A stretch of 64,000 bases of DNA from an uncultured Thermoprotei archaeon (GTDB lineage: Archaea; Thermoproteota; Thermoprotei; Thermofilales; B15-G2). Made by a program: the position numbers and the translations under genes. This document shows, piece by piece, positions 9,372 to 18,650 of the stretch (within the stretch, counting starts at the first letter, position 1; the number at the start of each line of letters is the position of its first letter). The notes beneath the pieces were generated by a model. The model was given only the letters and a program-made list of their open reading frames with translations. It ran no database searches and was not told where the DNA came from. The stretch is taken from positions 1 to 64,000 of the forward strand of contig CBDUKN010000012.1 of the NCBI GenBank assembly GCA_965367815.1. Reading direction: 5' to 3'.

Positions 9372-10433
9372 GTGTTCCTAGAACAAAAGCTAGTATTCAC
9401 TGGGCTCGGTGCAAAACAGTTTTCGTGTATTCTCAGCAAGTATTCTTCAAGAATATCAAACTACCTTTTTGCACTAGAGATAGCCGGCTTTTCTTCACTT
9501 TTTCCTTTAGCTGCAGTGAGCTCTATTATGGGATTTTACTTTTTCTACTCAGTATTTGCGGCAACTGTTCTCTTAATGTATTTTATAACAATTCTGCTCT
9601 TAGCTAAGACTGCTGAATTCTATAGAACTGTTTATAAGTGTTTACTTGAGACAAATTCACTTCAAAAAGCCGTGACTATGGCTAGAATAAAGTATCGCTC
9701 GATACAGATACTTTTCTATGCAATAATATCTACGTTTGTAGCAGTTCTAGTAGCCTCTATTTTGGCGGCGAGCACTATTGCCTATGTAGAGCAGAAAGTA
9801 GTTCTCCCTGTAGGAGACTTTATGCTAGTAGGCTTAGTTCTAGGAGGATTTACTGGAACTATTTTAGCTGGAATTCCTCTTCAACTGGACTTAGACGCGA
9901 GGAATATTGAAGACTTAGGTGTTTTCGTTAAATTTACTTATAATCCATTCAGAGACACTGTTTCAGAGCACCGTGAGCTGGCTCCAAGGCCTCAGATAGT
10001 CAAAATAGATAGTTACTTGAAAAAACTTATAGTAGATTTAACTGAAGTAGGTGAAACGTACTTGACTTACCTTGACCTGAAGACAGCAGACCTCGTAGTA
10101 GTTTCTAGAAAATGGATTTACGTGGAAAAAATTATGAAAGACTGGTGCGTGTATAGCAAAGCATGGATTTTAGAGAAACCCTTTGATTTGAAGAAACTTT
10201 TAGCAGATTTAAAGACTCCTGAGAAATATTTTACTTTAAGTAAACTAAAGAAAAATTTAGATGAAATAGTTAAAGAAATTGACGAGAAGGAAATGGAGAT
10301 AAGAGCTTTTAGTATAGGTAAAGTGGAGTTAAGTAGAGTTAAGCTTAGTAAAATATTTCTCTATGTTTTAAAATCGTTTTCTACAATCTTAATTCTATTA
10401 ATTGTAACTGCAGTGCTCTCCTTGATAGCATAG
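9372..10433 (+). CDS. Hypothetical multi-pass membrane protein
   Basis: 353-aa ORF, several TM segments, no recognised motif. Confidence 0.6.
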   Translation: MFLEQKLVFTGLGAKQFSCILSKYSSRISNYLFALEIAGFSSLFPLAAVSSIMGFYFFYSVFAATVLLMYFITILLLAKTAEFYRTVYKCLLETNSLQKAVTMARIKYRSIQILFYAIISTFVAVLVASILAASTIAYVEQKVVLPVGDFMLVGLVLGGFTGTILAGIPLQLDLDARNIEDLGVFVKFTYNPFRDTVSEHRELAPRPQIVKIDSYLKKLIVDLTEVGETYLTYLDLKTADLVVVSRKWIYVEKIMKDWCVYSKAWILEKPFDLKKLLADLKTPEKYFTLSKLKKNLDEIVKEIDEKEMEIRAFSIGKVELSRVKLSKIFLYVLKSFSTILILLIVTAVLSLIA

Positions 10434-10504
10434 ACTAGTGTACTACATTAATTCTTAGTAATCGTTGAGATAAGGCTTTAAAAGTACTGCCTAGTACTTA
10501 ATTA

Positions 10505-10978
10505 TTGATGAGCGAGGTAAGTGACATTATTGTAGTTACTACTCCAACAATACCTGGCTACAAAATTAAGGCTATTTTAGGAGTGGTTTATGGAGAATCT
10601 TGTAGAACTAGAGGAATGCTTGGGCGATTTATTTCAGGAATAGAGGCTTTAGCAGGCGGCAGAGGAGAAGCCTACTTAGAGGAAATACGGAAAGCTCGTA
10701 AAGAAGCTGTAGAAGATTTAAAGAAGCAGGCTAAAATGATTGGCGCTAATGCTGTTGTAGGCGTAGACTTCGAGACAAACGAAATTCTCGAAGGATTTAT
10801 TGTAGTATCTGCTTACGGCACAGCAGTAATAGTTGAAAAAGAGCCTGGAAGCGACGTCGAAATAAGAATTCCTTCTCCCATAACACAGACAATAGTCTGT
10901 CCAGATTGCGGAAAACCTGCAACCTATTACCCACAGTACAATAGGTGGTATTGCCACAATTGCAAGAAATGGCTATAG
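10505..10978 (+). CDS. UPF0145/YbjQ family protein with C-terminal zinc ribbon
   Basis: IVVTTPTIPGYKI...GANAVVGVDF...AYGTAV; tail CPDCG...YCHNC. Confidence 0.9.
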   Translation: MMSEVSDIIVVTTPTIPGYKIKAILGVVYGESCRTRGMLGRFISGIEALAGGRGEAYLEEIRKARKEAVEDLKKQAKMIGANAVVGVDFETNEILEGFIVVSAYGTAVIVEKEPGSDVEIRIPSPITQTIVCPDCGKPATYYPQYNRWYCHNCKKWL

Positions 10979-11866
10979 CTTAGCCGAATATTTTAGCCAA
11001 TACTTTATTTTCTCAATATCTTTTAGAATATTATCGTCGAATACTCTTTCAATAACTAGGCTGTTCTCGTAGTTGTTTTCGACGAGTAGCTTGAAGAATC
11101 TAGGGAAGTCTACCGTACCTGAACCGAGAGGGGCGTGTTGATCACATGTTCCATCATTATCATGGGCATGTATATGTACTATTTTATCGACAATTCCTTC
11201 AGCGTAGTCGGCTGGCTGACACACTGTATTAGCATGACCTGTGTCAAAAGTTATTTTAAGGTAGCTATTGTCCACACTGGAAAGTATTCGTAAAAGTTCA
11301 TCGCGGCCTTTTCCGAAGTGAGGTGTCTTCAAGAATTCTCCATTAACATATATTGCTTTAGGCATATTCTCTAATCCTAGTAGAACTCCCTTTTTAGAAG
11401 CATAGTTAGCCAAATATTTCAAGTACACTATTGAAGTCTCCCAAGCTTTTTTGGGCTCAAAATATTTATAGTGCACGTCGGCGTACGCGTAGCCCGGCTC
11501 ACCTGGATTATAGGAAGCAGGGTGAATAGTAATAACTCTAAATCCTCCGACTGAAGCATAGTCTATTACCGATTTAAGATTCTCTAGTACATGTTTTCTT
11601 TCCTCGGAATCTAGGTAAGACAAATTAGCTGCACTACATTCACTCGGCTCATGCAACAGTAAGTCGAACCTATCTAGTTCACGTGTAACTCTACATAACT
11701 TCTCTAAAGTACTCAGTTTAATACAGAACTCTGTGCAATTTAACTCTAGTTCATCAAGTATTTTGAAAGCCTTTTCAACATAGTCTTTTAACATAGATCC
11801 TGCTTCATCGAGGCTCTTGCCGTAAATTTTCCTAACTATCTCTGTTGTGAATACACCTATTTTCAC
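10973..11866 (-). CDS. Sugar-phosphate isomerase/epimerase family (xylose-isomerase-like TIM barrel)
   Basis: LENMP, FDTGHA, HIHAHDNDG..DQH, IE metal motifs. Confidence 0.85.
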   Translation of the reverse strand: MKIGVFTTEIVRKIYGKSLDEAGSMLKDYVEKAFKILDELELNCTEFCIKLSTLEKLCRVTRELDRFDLLLHEPSECSAANLSYLDSEERKHVLENLKSVIDYASVGGFRVITIHPASYNPGEPGYAYADVHYKYFEPKKAWETSIVYLKYLANYASKKGVLLGLENMPKAIYVNGEFLKTPHFGKGRDELLRILSSVDNSYLKITFDTGHANTVCQPADYAEGIVDKIVHIHAHDNDGTCDQHAPLGSGTVDFPRFFKLLVENNYENSLVIERVFDDNILKDIEKIKYWLKYSAKL

Positions 11867-11922
11867 AAAGATAATTCCTTTAGCTTGTATAAAACAGTAT
11901 GCGGCGCTTACAGCGCATTGAT

Positions 11923-12906
11923 CTAAATATTCAGTATTTTACTTAAAAGCTTATACACGTCTATTGCTTTAAGTGTAGAGCCGCAGTAAGGACATTTTAC
12001 AGTATCTCCTTTCTCTGGGAGCTTTACTGGTGCACCACATACAGGACACTTCACAGCCTTCAGGATCACTCCCGACTTCTTTAGCTTCTCTAGTATTTTA
12101 GCGAAATCTATTACAACTACTTTCTTCGGCTTCATTTCAAAAGCTGTTTCCTTTAATGCAGTCTTAAAGCCAACAATTATTTTTTCATATGCTGCTGCCG
12201 CGTAGTCAGCGTACTCTACTTTAACTTCAGCCGAGTAAGTTAACCTTACTTTAGTTACACCTTGTTCTTTCTCGAAATCTGCTTTAATTGTTAAAGTACC
12301 TAAGTCTACTTCCTCGCTTACTTGCCTTGAGCCATATTGATCTGTCACTACTTTAGAAATAATTGTGGTCGGAGTGACTGTCACTGTTAAAGAGTTTTCT
12401 TTGAGCGAGTACTTGCATGCTTCAAGTGTTTCTTGCTGGAACTTGACTATAGTTCTTTCAGCATATTCCTTTAAGTCAAGTATTTCTACGTCGAGTATCA
12501 TTATTTCTGAGTAATTCCATTCAATTGTTCTTGTCTTACTAATTATTCCCATGATAACAATTGTTATAAGCGCGATAAACCACACTACTAGAGCTGCGCC
12601 GAAGTTGAAGGAAAGAGCCGATAGCGCGAAAAATACGAAGAGAACTAAGAAAGACATCTTGACGAAGCTAGAGTAGCTCTTCTTAGCCTCCTTTAGTTCA
12701 GCTAAAGCCTCTTCTAAGTCTCTGGGCTTCTGCTCTTTTCTAGTTTCTTCGCCGAATACTTCCCTGTAAAGAATTTTCACTGCTTCTTCTCTAGAGCACT
12801 TCTTTTCGCTCATTATCCTCTGTAAGTCTTTTTCAAGTTTATGTTTTCCTGAAAAATATACTGACTCATAGTAGACTACGAGCTTATTATAGAGGTCTGA
12901 ACTCAT
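11923..12906 (-). CDS. Two-TM membrane protein with C-terminal zinc ribbon
   Basis: TM hairpin near residues 80-120; CPVCG...CPYCG tail. Confidence 0.7.
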   Translation of the reverse strand: MSSDLYNKLVVYYESVYFSGKHKLEKDLQRIMSEKKCSREEAVKILYREVFGEETRKEQKPRDLEEALAELKEAKKSYSSFVKMSFLVLFVFFALSALSFNFGAALVVWFIALITIVIMGIISKTRTIEWNYSEIMILDVEILDLKEYAERTIVKFQQETLEACKYSLKENSLTVTVTPTTIISKVVTDQYGSRQVSEEVDLGTLTIKADFEKEQGVTKVRLTYSAEVKVEYADYAAAAYEKIIVGFKTALKETAFEMKPKKVVVIDFAKILEKLKKSGVILKAVKCPVCGAPVKLPEKGDTVKCPYCGSTLKAIDVYKLLSKILNI

Positions 12907-12969
12907 CTAGTTTACTTAAACATTAAGTAAGCTTTATTCTTTCCGACGTCTTGGTTTCTCTGAATACAC

Positions 12970-13404
12970 TTAAGTCCCGCCAAGGCATAAGCTCAGTATA
13001 TGCTCCATTAGCTTCACTGCTTCTTCAGCCATCTTCAGGGCCTCCTCTGCATCGCTTTTTGAGTAAAGTTCCCATGGAGAAAGCCTTCTAGTGGGCTCAC
13101 CATACACTGTTCTAGAGTGCTCAGGTGCAAGCCTATGAGATATTTCAGCGAGACATGCTACATACTGCCTCGCCTCTTCTGGTAGAAGAGAAGCCACCTG
13201 GTTCAACTCCTCTGACGGATCATAAGTCCACGAAGGTATTCTGAAAAGAGCTATAACAGCTTTAGCAGCATTTTCTGCACACAACTGCGCGCATGCAACA
13301 GTATTTCTCCAATCGCCTCTCAGAAAAGCTTGCCTACACTCATTCAAATAACCTTGAGCTAGTTTTCTTCTGTAATTCACTTCATCTAAGGGATCTAGCT
13401 TCAC
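12970..13404 (-). CDS. HEPN domain protein
   Basis: AQLCAENAAKA and AEEALKMAEE HEPN pattern; overlaps the upstream MNT gene. Confidence 0.85.
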   Translation of the reverse strand: MKLDPLDEVNYRRKLAQGYLNECRQAFLRGDWRNTVACAQLCAENAAKAVIALFRIPSWTYDPSEELNQVASLLPEEARQYVACLAEISHRLAPEHSRTVYGEPTRRLSPWELYSKSDAEEALKMAEEAVKLMEHILSLCLGGT

Positions 13405-13837
13405 TCTGAATCACCCAGCCGTAACTTTTGCCAATTTTATAGCGCCTAAGTTTAAGTCTCTCAACCAGCATTTTCGTCTCTTCGATTAATTTTCTTAAAA
13501 TTCCTTTAGGGTCATATAGGACTATACAATCGTATAGTATATTCAGCATAGTTGACGAAAATTTTAACTTTCCTTTTAACAGCGCTTCAGCATCCTCTAA
13601 GTCTATGTCGATTAAAGTAATGTCTCTTTTAATATGTTTAAATAAAATATCATATATTTTAAATCTTCTCTCAAGGCTTCTTTCCCAATTTTCTACAATC
13701 ACGAGAATATCTATGTCACTTTTTTCAGTAAACTCTCTTCTAGCATAACTACCGAAAATACCCACAGCTACTATTTTGCCACAATATTTTTTGACTAGTT
13801 CTTTTACAGCCTCGTTAATTGCTTTATCTAACTCCAT
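13382..13837 (-). CDS. Minimal nucleotidyltransferase (MNT)
   Basis: FGSYARREFTEKSDIDIL motif. Confidence 0.9.
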   Translation of the reverse strand: MELDKAINEAVKELVKKYCGKIVAVGIFGSYARREFTEKSDIDILVIVENWERSLERRFKIYDILFKHIKRDITLIDIDLEDAEALLKGKLKFSSTMLNILYDCIVLYDPKGILRKLIEETKMLVERLKLRRYKIGKSYGWVIQSEARSLR

Positions 13838-14103
13838 TTTACACTAAACTATAGAGTAGCGAAGATAAATACTTAGCCAATAACTAGAAAATTAGCAGAT
13901 AGCATGACTACTATGAGTTAAATATAGGTTTTCTACAAAACTGTTCTACACAGTAAGTATTGAGCTAAAGTATCTACTATATAGGTGAATACATAACTAC
14001 AGAATATACGATATTTTTCAAAAAGCTATTAATAGAATGCTATTTCTACAATTCAAATAGTCTTATTTTTATTTTATTAGCTAACTTATTTGGTGAAATT
14101 GCT

Positions 14104-15966
14104 GTGGTAAGAACTCTAAACTACGAAATTTATTTCGATAAAGTGTACGGTGGATGGATTGGTAAGTGTATTGGAGGAGCTATAGGTGCTCAAGTAGAAG
14201 GACAAAAGAAACTCCATGATTTCACTGAAGAGACAGCTTTTCCTGAAAAATGGCCGCCTAACGATGATTTAGATCTACAGGTTCTGTGGCTTCATGCTCT
14301 GAGAACACGGGGAATCTTTATTGACAGCAGAGATTTAGCCGAAGAGTGGGCTGAACACTGCTGGTACGATTTCAATGAGTATGGCAGATTTCTTAAGAAC
14401 TTTTTGAGAGGAATAGATCCTCCTGTTTCAGGGTGGTTTGACAACGAGTACTTTAGGGAGTCTATGGGTAGTCCCATTAGGTCTGAAATATGGGGGTTTA
14501 TTTGCCCTGGGAACCCGGGCTTAGCTACATGGTATGCTCAGAAAGACGCTGTTCTCGATCACTGGAAGAACTCAGTCTGGGCTGAACAGTTCTTGTCAGC
14601 TATTGAGGCTTCAGTATTCTTTGAAAAGGATATTGTACGCCTAATAAACATAGGCTTAGCTTATGTTCCAGAAGACTCTAAGTTCTACAAGCTAGTGCAA
14701 CTAGTGCTAGAATGCAGAGAAAGGGGCTTAAATTGGCTTGAAGCCAGAAACATTGTTTTAAGCAGATTTGGGCACCCAGACTTTACTTCAGTTTACCAGA
14801 ACCTAGGTTTCACGCTAATAGCCCTTCTCTGGGGTGAATACGACTTCGGTAAAACTATGCTGATTGCCTTGAATAGCGGCTACGATACTGACTGTACATG
14901 TGCAACAGCCGGAGCTATACTTGGAGCTATTCTTGGAGAGAAAAAGATTCCCGAGAAATGGAGGAAGCCTATAGGCGATGCCTTTGAAATGGGCTTTTCT
15001 CTTCCAAGAGAGAGCTTCAAGATATCTGACTTAGCGAGAGAAACATGCGAAGTAGGCGTAGCTGTGTCTAAAGTACTTAACAGAAAAGTAGAAATAGTAA
15101 ACGTACCAAAGGAAGTGTATGAACGTGCTCTCAAAATACCTTTAGGAAAACCTACTCCTAAAGTAGAATTGTCAGTAGACTACTTGGGGCTACCCTCAAT
15201 TGGGAAGGGAGAAACAAAAACTATTGAAGTTTTTGTAAAAAACAATAGTGGAGAATATATTGTCGGCGAGCTAGAAATAGCGGTTCCCGAAAACTGGGTT
15301 GTTCGAGAGAAATACTACGTTACTTTAGGTCCTAGAGAAAACCGCTTCTACTGCTTCACTGTTCAGGCTCCAGACAAAGGAGTTCTTTTTAATAAAAATA
15401 TCCTAAAAATAATATTTAGAGAAGTAGACGGCACAGTATGGGAAAAGAGCTTTGGACTATGTGGAGCTAAACTGTGGAAAGCAGTAGGCCCGTTCTGGGA
15501 AGGAGTATCTCCTTTCGAAGACAGAGCCTACATCGATAAAGAGTATATCGACGAATCACTTATAGCTGAAGGAAAACTAGATAAAGTCTTCGAGAAAGCA
15601 GTTGAAATAAATGCTTATGAAAGCGTACTGCCTCTAGACCAAGTATTTCCTTTAAAGGGAGAATATTGCATATACTTACTTCACCGCTTCTTATGTCCAA
15701 GTGATAGAGAAGTATCTTTAGTAGTAGGATCTAATGGTGACTTCAAGCTGTGGCTCAATGGAGAGCTAGTAGGCGAAGGAAAGAACAGGTACATATGGAA
15801 TCCCTTCATGTACTGGTTTAAAGTAAATATTAGGAAAGGTGAAAACACCGTAGTCATTAAATACGTTAAGAAAACAGAGAAAGCTAGACTAAGCCTCGAC
15901 TTTTATAAGAGAGAAAAAGTACCCGGCAACTCTTCATGGCAAATAGACCTGGCCACCATACTATAG
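14104..15966 (+). CDS. ADP-ribosylglycohydrolase family protein with C-terminal beta-sandwich domains
   Basis: GGWIGKCIGGAIG, NDDLD and GYDTDCTCATAG motifs; about 270-aa C-terminal extension (VPENW..., GSNGDFKLWLNGE). Confidence 0.85.
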   Translation: MVRTLNYEIYFDKVYGGWIGKCIGGAIGAQVEGQKKLHDFTEETAFPEKWPPNDDLDLQVLWLHALRTRGIFIDSRDLAEEWAEHCWYDFNEYGRFLKNFLRGIDPPVSGWFDNEYFRESMGSPIRSEIWGFICPGNPGLATWYAQKDAVLDHWKNSVWAEQFLSAIEASVFFEKDIVRLINIGLAYVPEDSKFYKLVQLVLECRERGLNWLEARNIVLSRFGHPDFTSVYQNLGFTLIALLWGEYDFGKTMLIALNSGYDTDCTCATAGAILGAILGEKKIPEKWRKPIGDAFEMGFSLPRESFKISDLARETCEVGVAVSKVLNRKVEIVNVPKEVYERALKIPLGKPTPKVELSVDYLGLPSIGKGETKTIEVFVKNNSGEYIVGELEIAVPENWVVREKYYVTLGPRENRFYCFTVQAPDKGVLFNKNILKIIFREVDGTVWEKSFGLCGAKLWKAVGPFWEGVSPFEDRAYIDKEYIDESLIAEGKLDKVFEKAVEINAYESVLPLDQVFPLKGEYCIYLLHRFLCPSDREVSLVVGSNGDFKLWLNGELVGEGKNRYIWNPFMYWFKVNIRKGENTVVIKYVKKTEKARLSLDFYKREKVPGNSSWQIDLATIL

Positions 15967-15989
15967 TCCAGCCTATCGCCATTCATCTG

Positions 15990-16811
15990 TTAGCTGTAAA
16001 GTGCACTTATAATAAATTTAGTATTTTTAGTTACATAGCACCCTGTTTTAGGAAAAACATATTTTACTTTAAGGTGCACTTTTTTATCAAATAACTCTAG
16101 TGATACTTCATCTCTTATATGAATTGGCTCGCCTAGATACTTTGTTTTCAGCTCATCAGATAATACTTTTAATGTCTCTTCTTTGCTAATAATGCTAGAG
16201 TATTTTTCTACAATAGATTTAAGCTCACTTAATATAGTGCACGACACATTGCCTAATGGCTCTAGAATAACCCAAAGTGCTTCTGGGTAAGCTTCCTCAA
16301 CTAAAGTTTTTTCCAGCAATATTAGCTGTGTTGAATCAACTATTTTAACTACTCCTTTAGGTCTAGTTGCTAGTACTTTAAACGCTGTCGGCTGCCCTAG
16401 TAGTGGCACATAAACTACTTCTCCTTCGCATACAGGATAATTTAATAGCCTCTTTTTGACAAAGCTAGCTAAGCTTTCATCAGTTGTAATTTTTGAGCGT
16501 AGAGAAGCTAGTTTAACTATAGCCGCAGCCTTTACTTCAGGCACTTTAACTAAGACTTCATCTCCTATGTTTACATCAGCATTACTTCTAACTAATTCAG
16601 TTAAGCCTACGACTTTCTCCCTTACTTCAGGCTCAAGCTTTACTTTAAGCCTATGAACAATAGCTGACGCAGTTCTCTTCCCCACTATTTCAATAATGTC
16701 ATCTTCATCAACTCCCAGCCTATCCATAGTTTCTTCACATAAACAGGCTACTTTCATTTCCGCCTTTTCTTTATGTGCCTCAATAACTTTAAGGCGGATT
16801 TCTCTCATCAT
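15990..16811 (-). CDS. Stand-alone CDC48/VAT N-domain protein (no AAA module)
   Basis: LKVIEA...MDRLGV..DDIIEIVGKRTA...VRSNADVNIGDEV...VKKRLLNYPVCEGE...FKVLATRPKGVVKI; no Walker A/B. Confidence 0.8.
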   Translation of the reverse strand: MMREIRLKVIEAHKEKAEMKVACLCEETMDRLGVDEDDIIEIVGKRTASAIVHRLKVKLEPEVREKVVGLTELVRSNADVNIGDEVLVKVPEVKAAAIVKLASLRSKITTDESLASFVKKRLLNYPVCEGEVVYVPLLGQPTAFKVLATRPKGVVKIVDSTQLILLEKTLVEEAYPEALWVILEPLGNVSCTILSELKSIVEKYSSIISKEETLKVLSDELKTKYLGEPIHIRDEVSLELFDKKVHLKVKYVFPKTGCYVTKNTKFIISALYS

Positions 16812-16863
16812 TTACTTAATCCTTAAAATTCTATAAAAATATTTGCCCTATTTTTGCGAAATT

Positions 16864-18510
16864 TTATTCCTGCGGTACAGCTATAGCATCAGTCTCTATA
16901 GCTTGAATAACAAGATACAGCCAGTATACCACTTTACATATGTCTTCAAAGAAAGCCTGCGTCCTATGTACTAGCTCTTCGTAACTCAATTCGCCACAAT
17001 TGAATTTAAGTAATAGTCTCGCTAATTCACTAAAACTCAGTTCTCTTTCTACTATGCAACGCCCATAGATCTCTTCTAGTACTCGCTTAAATTGATTCAA
17101 TGGAAATACTTTTCCATAGGTTATGTTCCCTAAAACATTTAAGGCCAATTTATTCACATCAATAATAGCGCCGCGCTTTGTAAGATCTTTGAGAAGTTTA
17201 TGTAAGGGTTCATAGGGTAGTGAGTAAAGCGGCTTTAAGTCCACATAGTACAGTACTTTGAATCCCTGTTCAATTAGCTCAGAGATATCGCCGAAAAGCT
17301 TCTCAACAGGCTCACGCAATTTAAGAGATATTTTTCCTTCTTTCAGCTCTACGTCGTATCTTATGAAATAGCTTTTACTTTCTTCTCCATCAAATAGCCC
17401 TACTACAATAGCCCTTATTCCAAATAATTGTATGACGCCAGGACATATGGCTAAGAGTTTGAGTCGTTTAGAAGGACTAGGTACTTTAACTATTTTATCC
17501 CTGTATCTATCAAAAAATTCTAGAAGTCTAAGCACTTCTATTGTACTTAAAGCATCAGCTATAGAATTCATTAAGTCTACTATTTCCGGATAAAATTGTC
17601 TAAAAGTCCTATATTTGATTCTATCATATTTAGATAGGAGATTAAATATTGGCCTTATGTAAGCGAAACCTTTTCTCTCCTCATCTCTGAGAGCTTTTTG
17701 AATATCTTTAGGGCCACGTACTTTAAGCTCTATAGCTCTTATAATATGTTCATTAATCATAGTGGACGGATCTCCATAAGCCATTTTTTCCATAAAGCTT
17801 TCAATAGGTCTGTAAAGAGCCCAGAAGTCTCTATATTTGCTAAGAAATTCATCTGTTAGAGGGTTTACGAAATTGTGGGCAAATTCATGGAAAAGTGCTG
17901 CTCCAAATTCAGGTATTCCGTTTTTAACTCTAAACGGGCCTAAAAACGCGTAAAGTATTTGCTTGTCATCGACTTTTATAGCGTAGCCGTAGTTTCCATA
18001 GAATAGAGGCGCTAAAATAACGTGGTAGCCTTTTTGCTCTATGCCAAAGAAGTCTTCGAGCATTTTTACGGTCTTCTCTAGCTGGATATTCGCGGAAGCT
18101 CGTTCTTCAATTAAACGATAGAAATCTAGGTGTCTGCGCCAAAACTCTTCGAAATTCGAATCATGGTAGAAGTCTTTTAGAGCTTTAGCGAATTCTCTTA
18201 GCAGTGCTTCTCCTCCAGCTCTACTTATATGATATTTTGAGAAAGGTATGACTATTTCGAGTTCCGGAGGCTCTGAAAAATGCATCATAAAGCCTACTGG
18301 AGCATCAAATGTAAAGCCCCGCTTAATAAGTTCTTCACACAGCTTTACTGCCCTATGCTCACTATAAGGACTAAAGAAATCTATCATCGCTTTTTTATAC
18401 GGATAATCTTCTTTCCATATACCTATATCTCTCCAACTAGTGAAAAGCTGTACTGCAGTCAAAAGCTCTATTCTCTTATCTACTCTTATAGAGTATTTAC
18501 TCAGAAACAT
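16864..18510 (-). CDS. DUF4932-like zincin domain protein with extra C-terminal domain
   Basis: VDKRIELL start, FHEFAHNFVNP, NEHIIRA, ERKGF.YI. Confidence 0.7.
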   Translation of the reverse strand: MFLSKYSIRVDKRIELLTAVQLFTSWRDIGIWKEDYPYKKAMIDFFSPYSEHRAVKLCEELIKRGFTFDAPVGFMMHFSEPPELEIVIPFSKYHISRAGGEALLREFAKALKDFYHDSNFEEFWRRHLDFYRLIEERASANIQLEKTVKMLEDFFGIEQKGYHVILAPLFYGNYGYAIKVDDKQILYAFLGPFRVKNGIPEFGAALFHEFAHNFVNPLTDEFLSKYRDFWALYRPIESFMEKMAYGDPSTMINEHIIRAIELKVRGPKDIQKALRDEERKGFAYIRPIFNLLSKYDRIKYRTFRQFYPEIVDLMNSIADALSTIEVLRLLEFFDRYRDKIVKVPSPSKRLKLLAICPGVIQLFGIRAIVVGLFDGEESKSYFIRYDVELKEGKISLKLREPVEKLFGDISELIEQGFKVLYYVDLKPLYSLPYEPLHKLLKDLTKRGAIIDVNKLALNVLGNITYGKVFPLNQFKRVLEEIYGRCIVERELSFSELARLLLKFNCGELSYEELVHRTQAFFEDICKVVYWLYLVIQAIETDAIAVPQE

Positions 18511-18650
18511 CAGAGATAACGACTATGTTTGAATATATAAGAATTAGTATTGTCTACTTTTTGTCGAATTTCGTAGGATTTTGTAAGGTTTAGTGAAATG
18601 TAATTCGAAAGTTAAATAGAGGTCTTCACTTTACATATAAGCAAGGGAAA

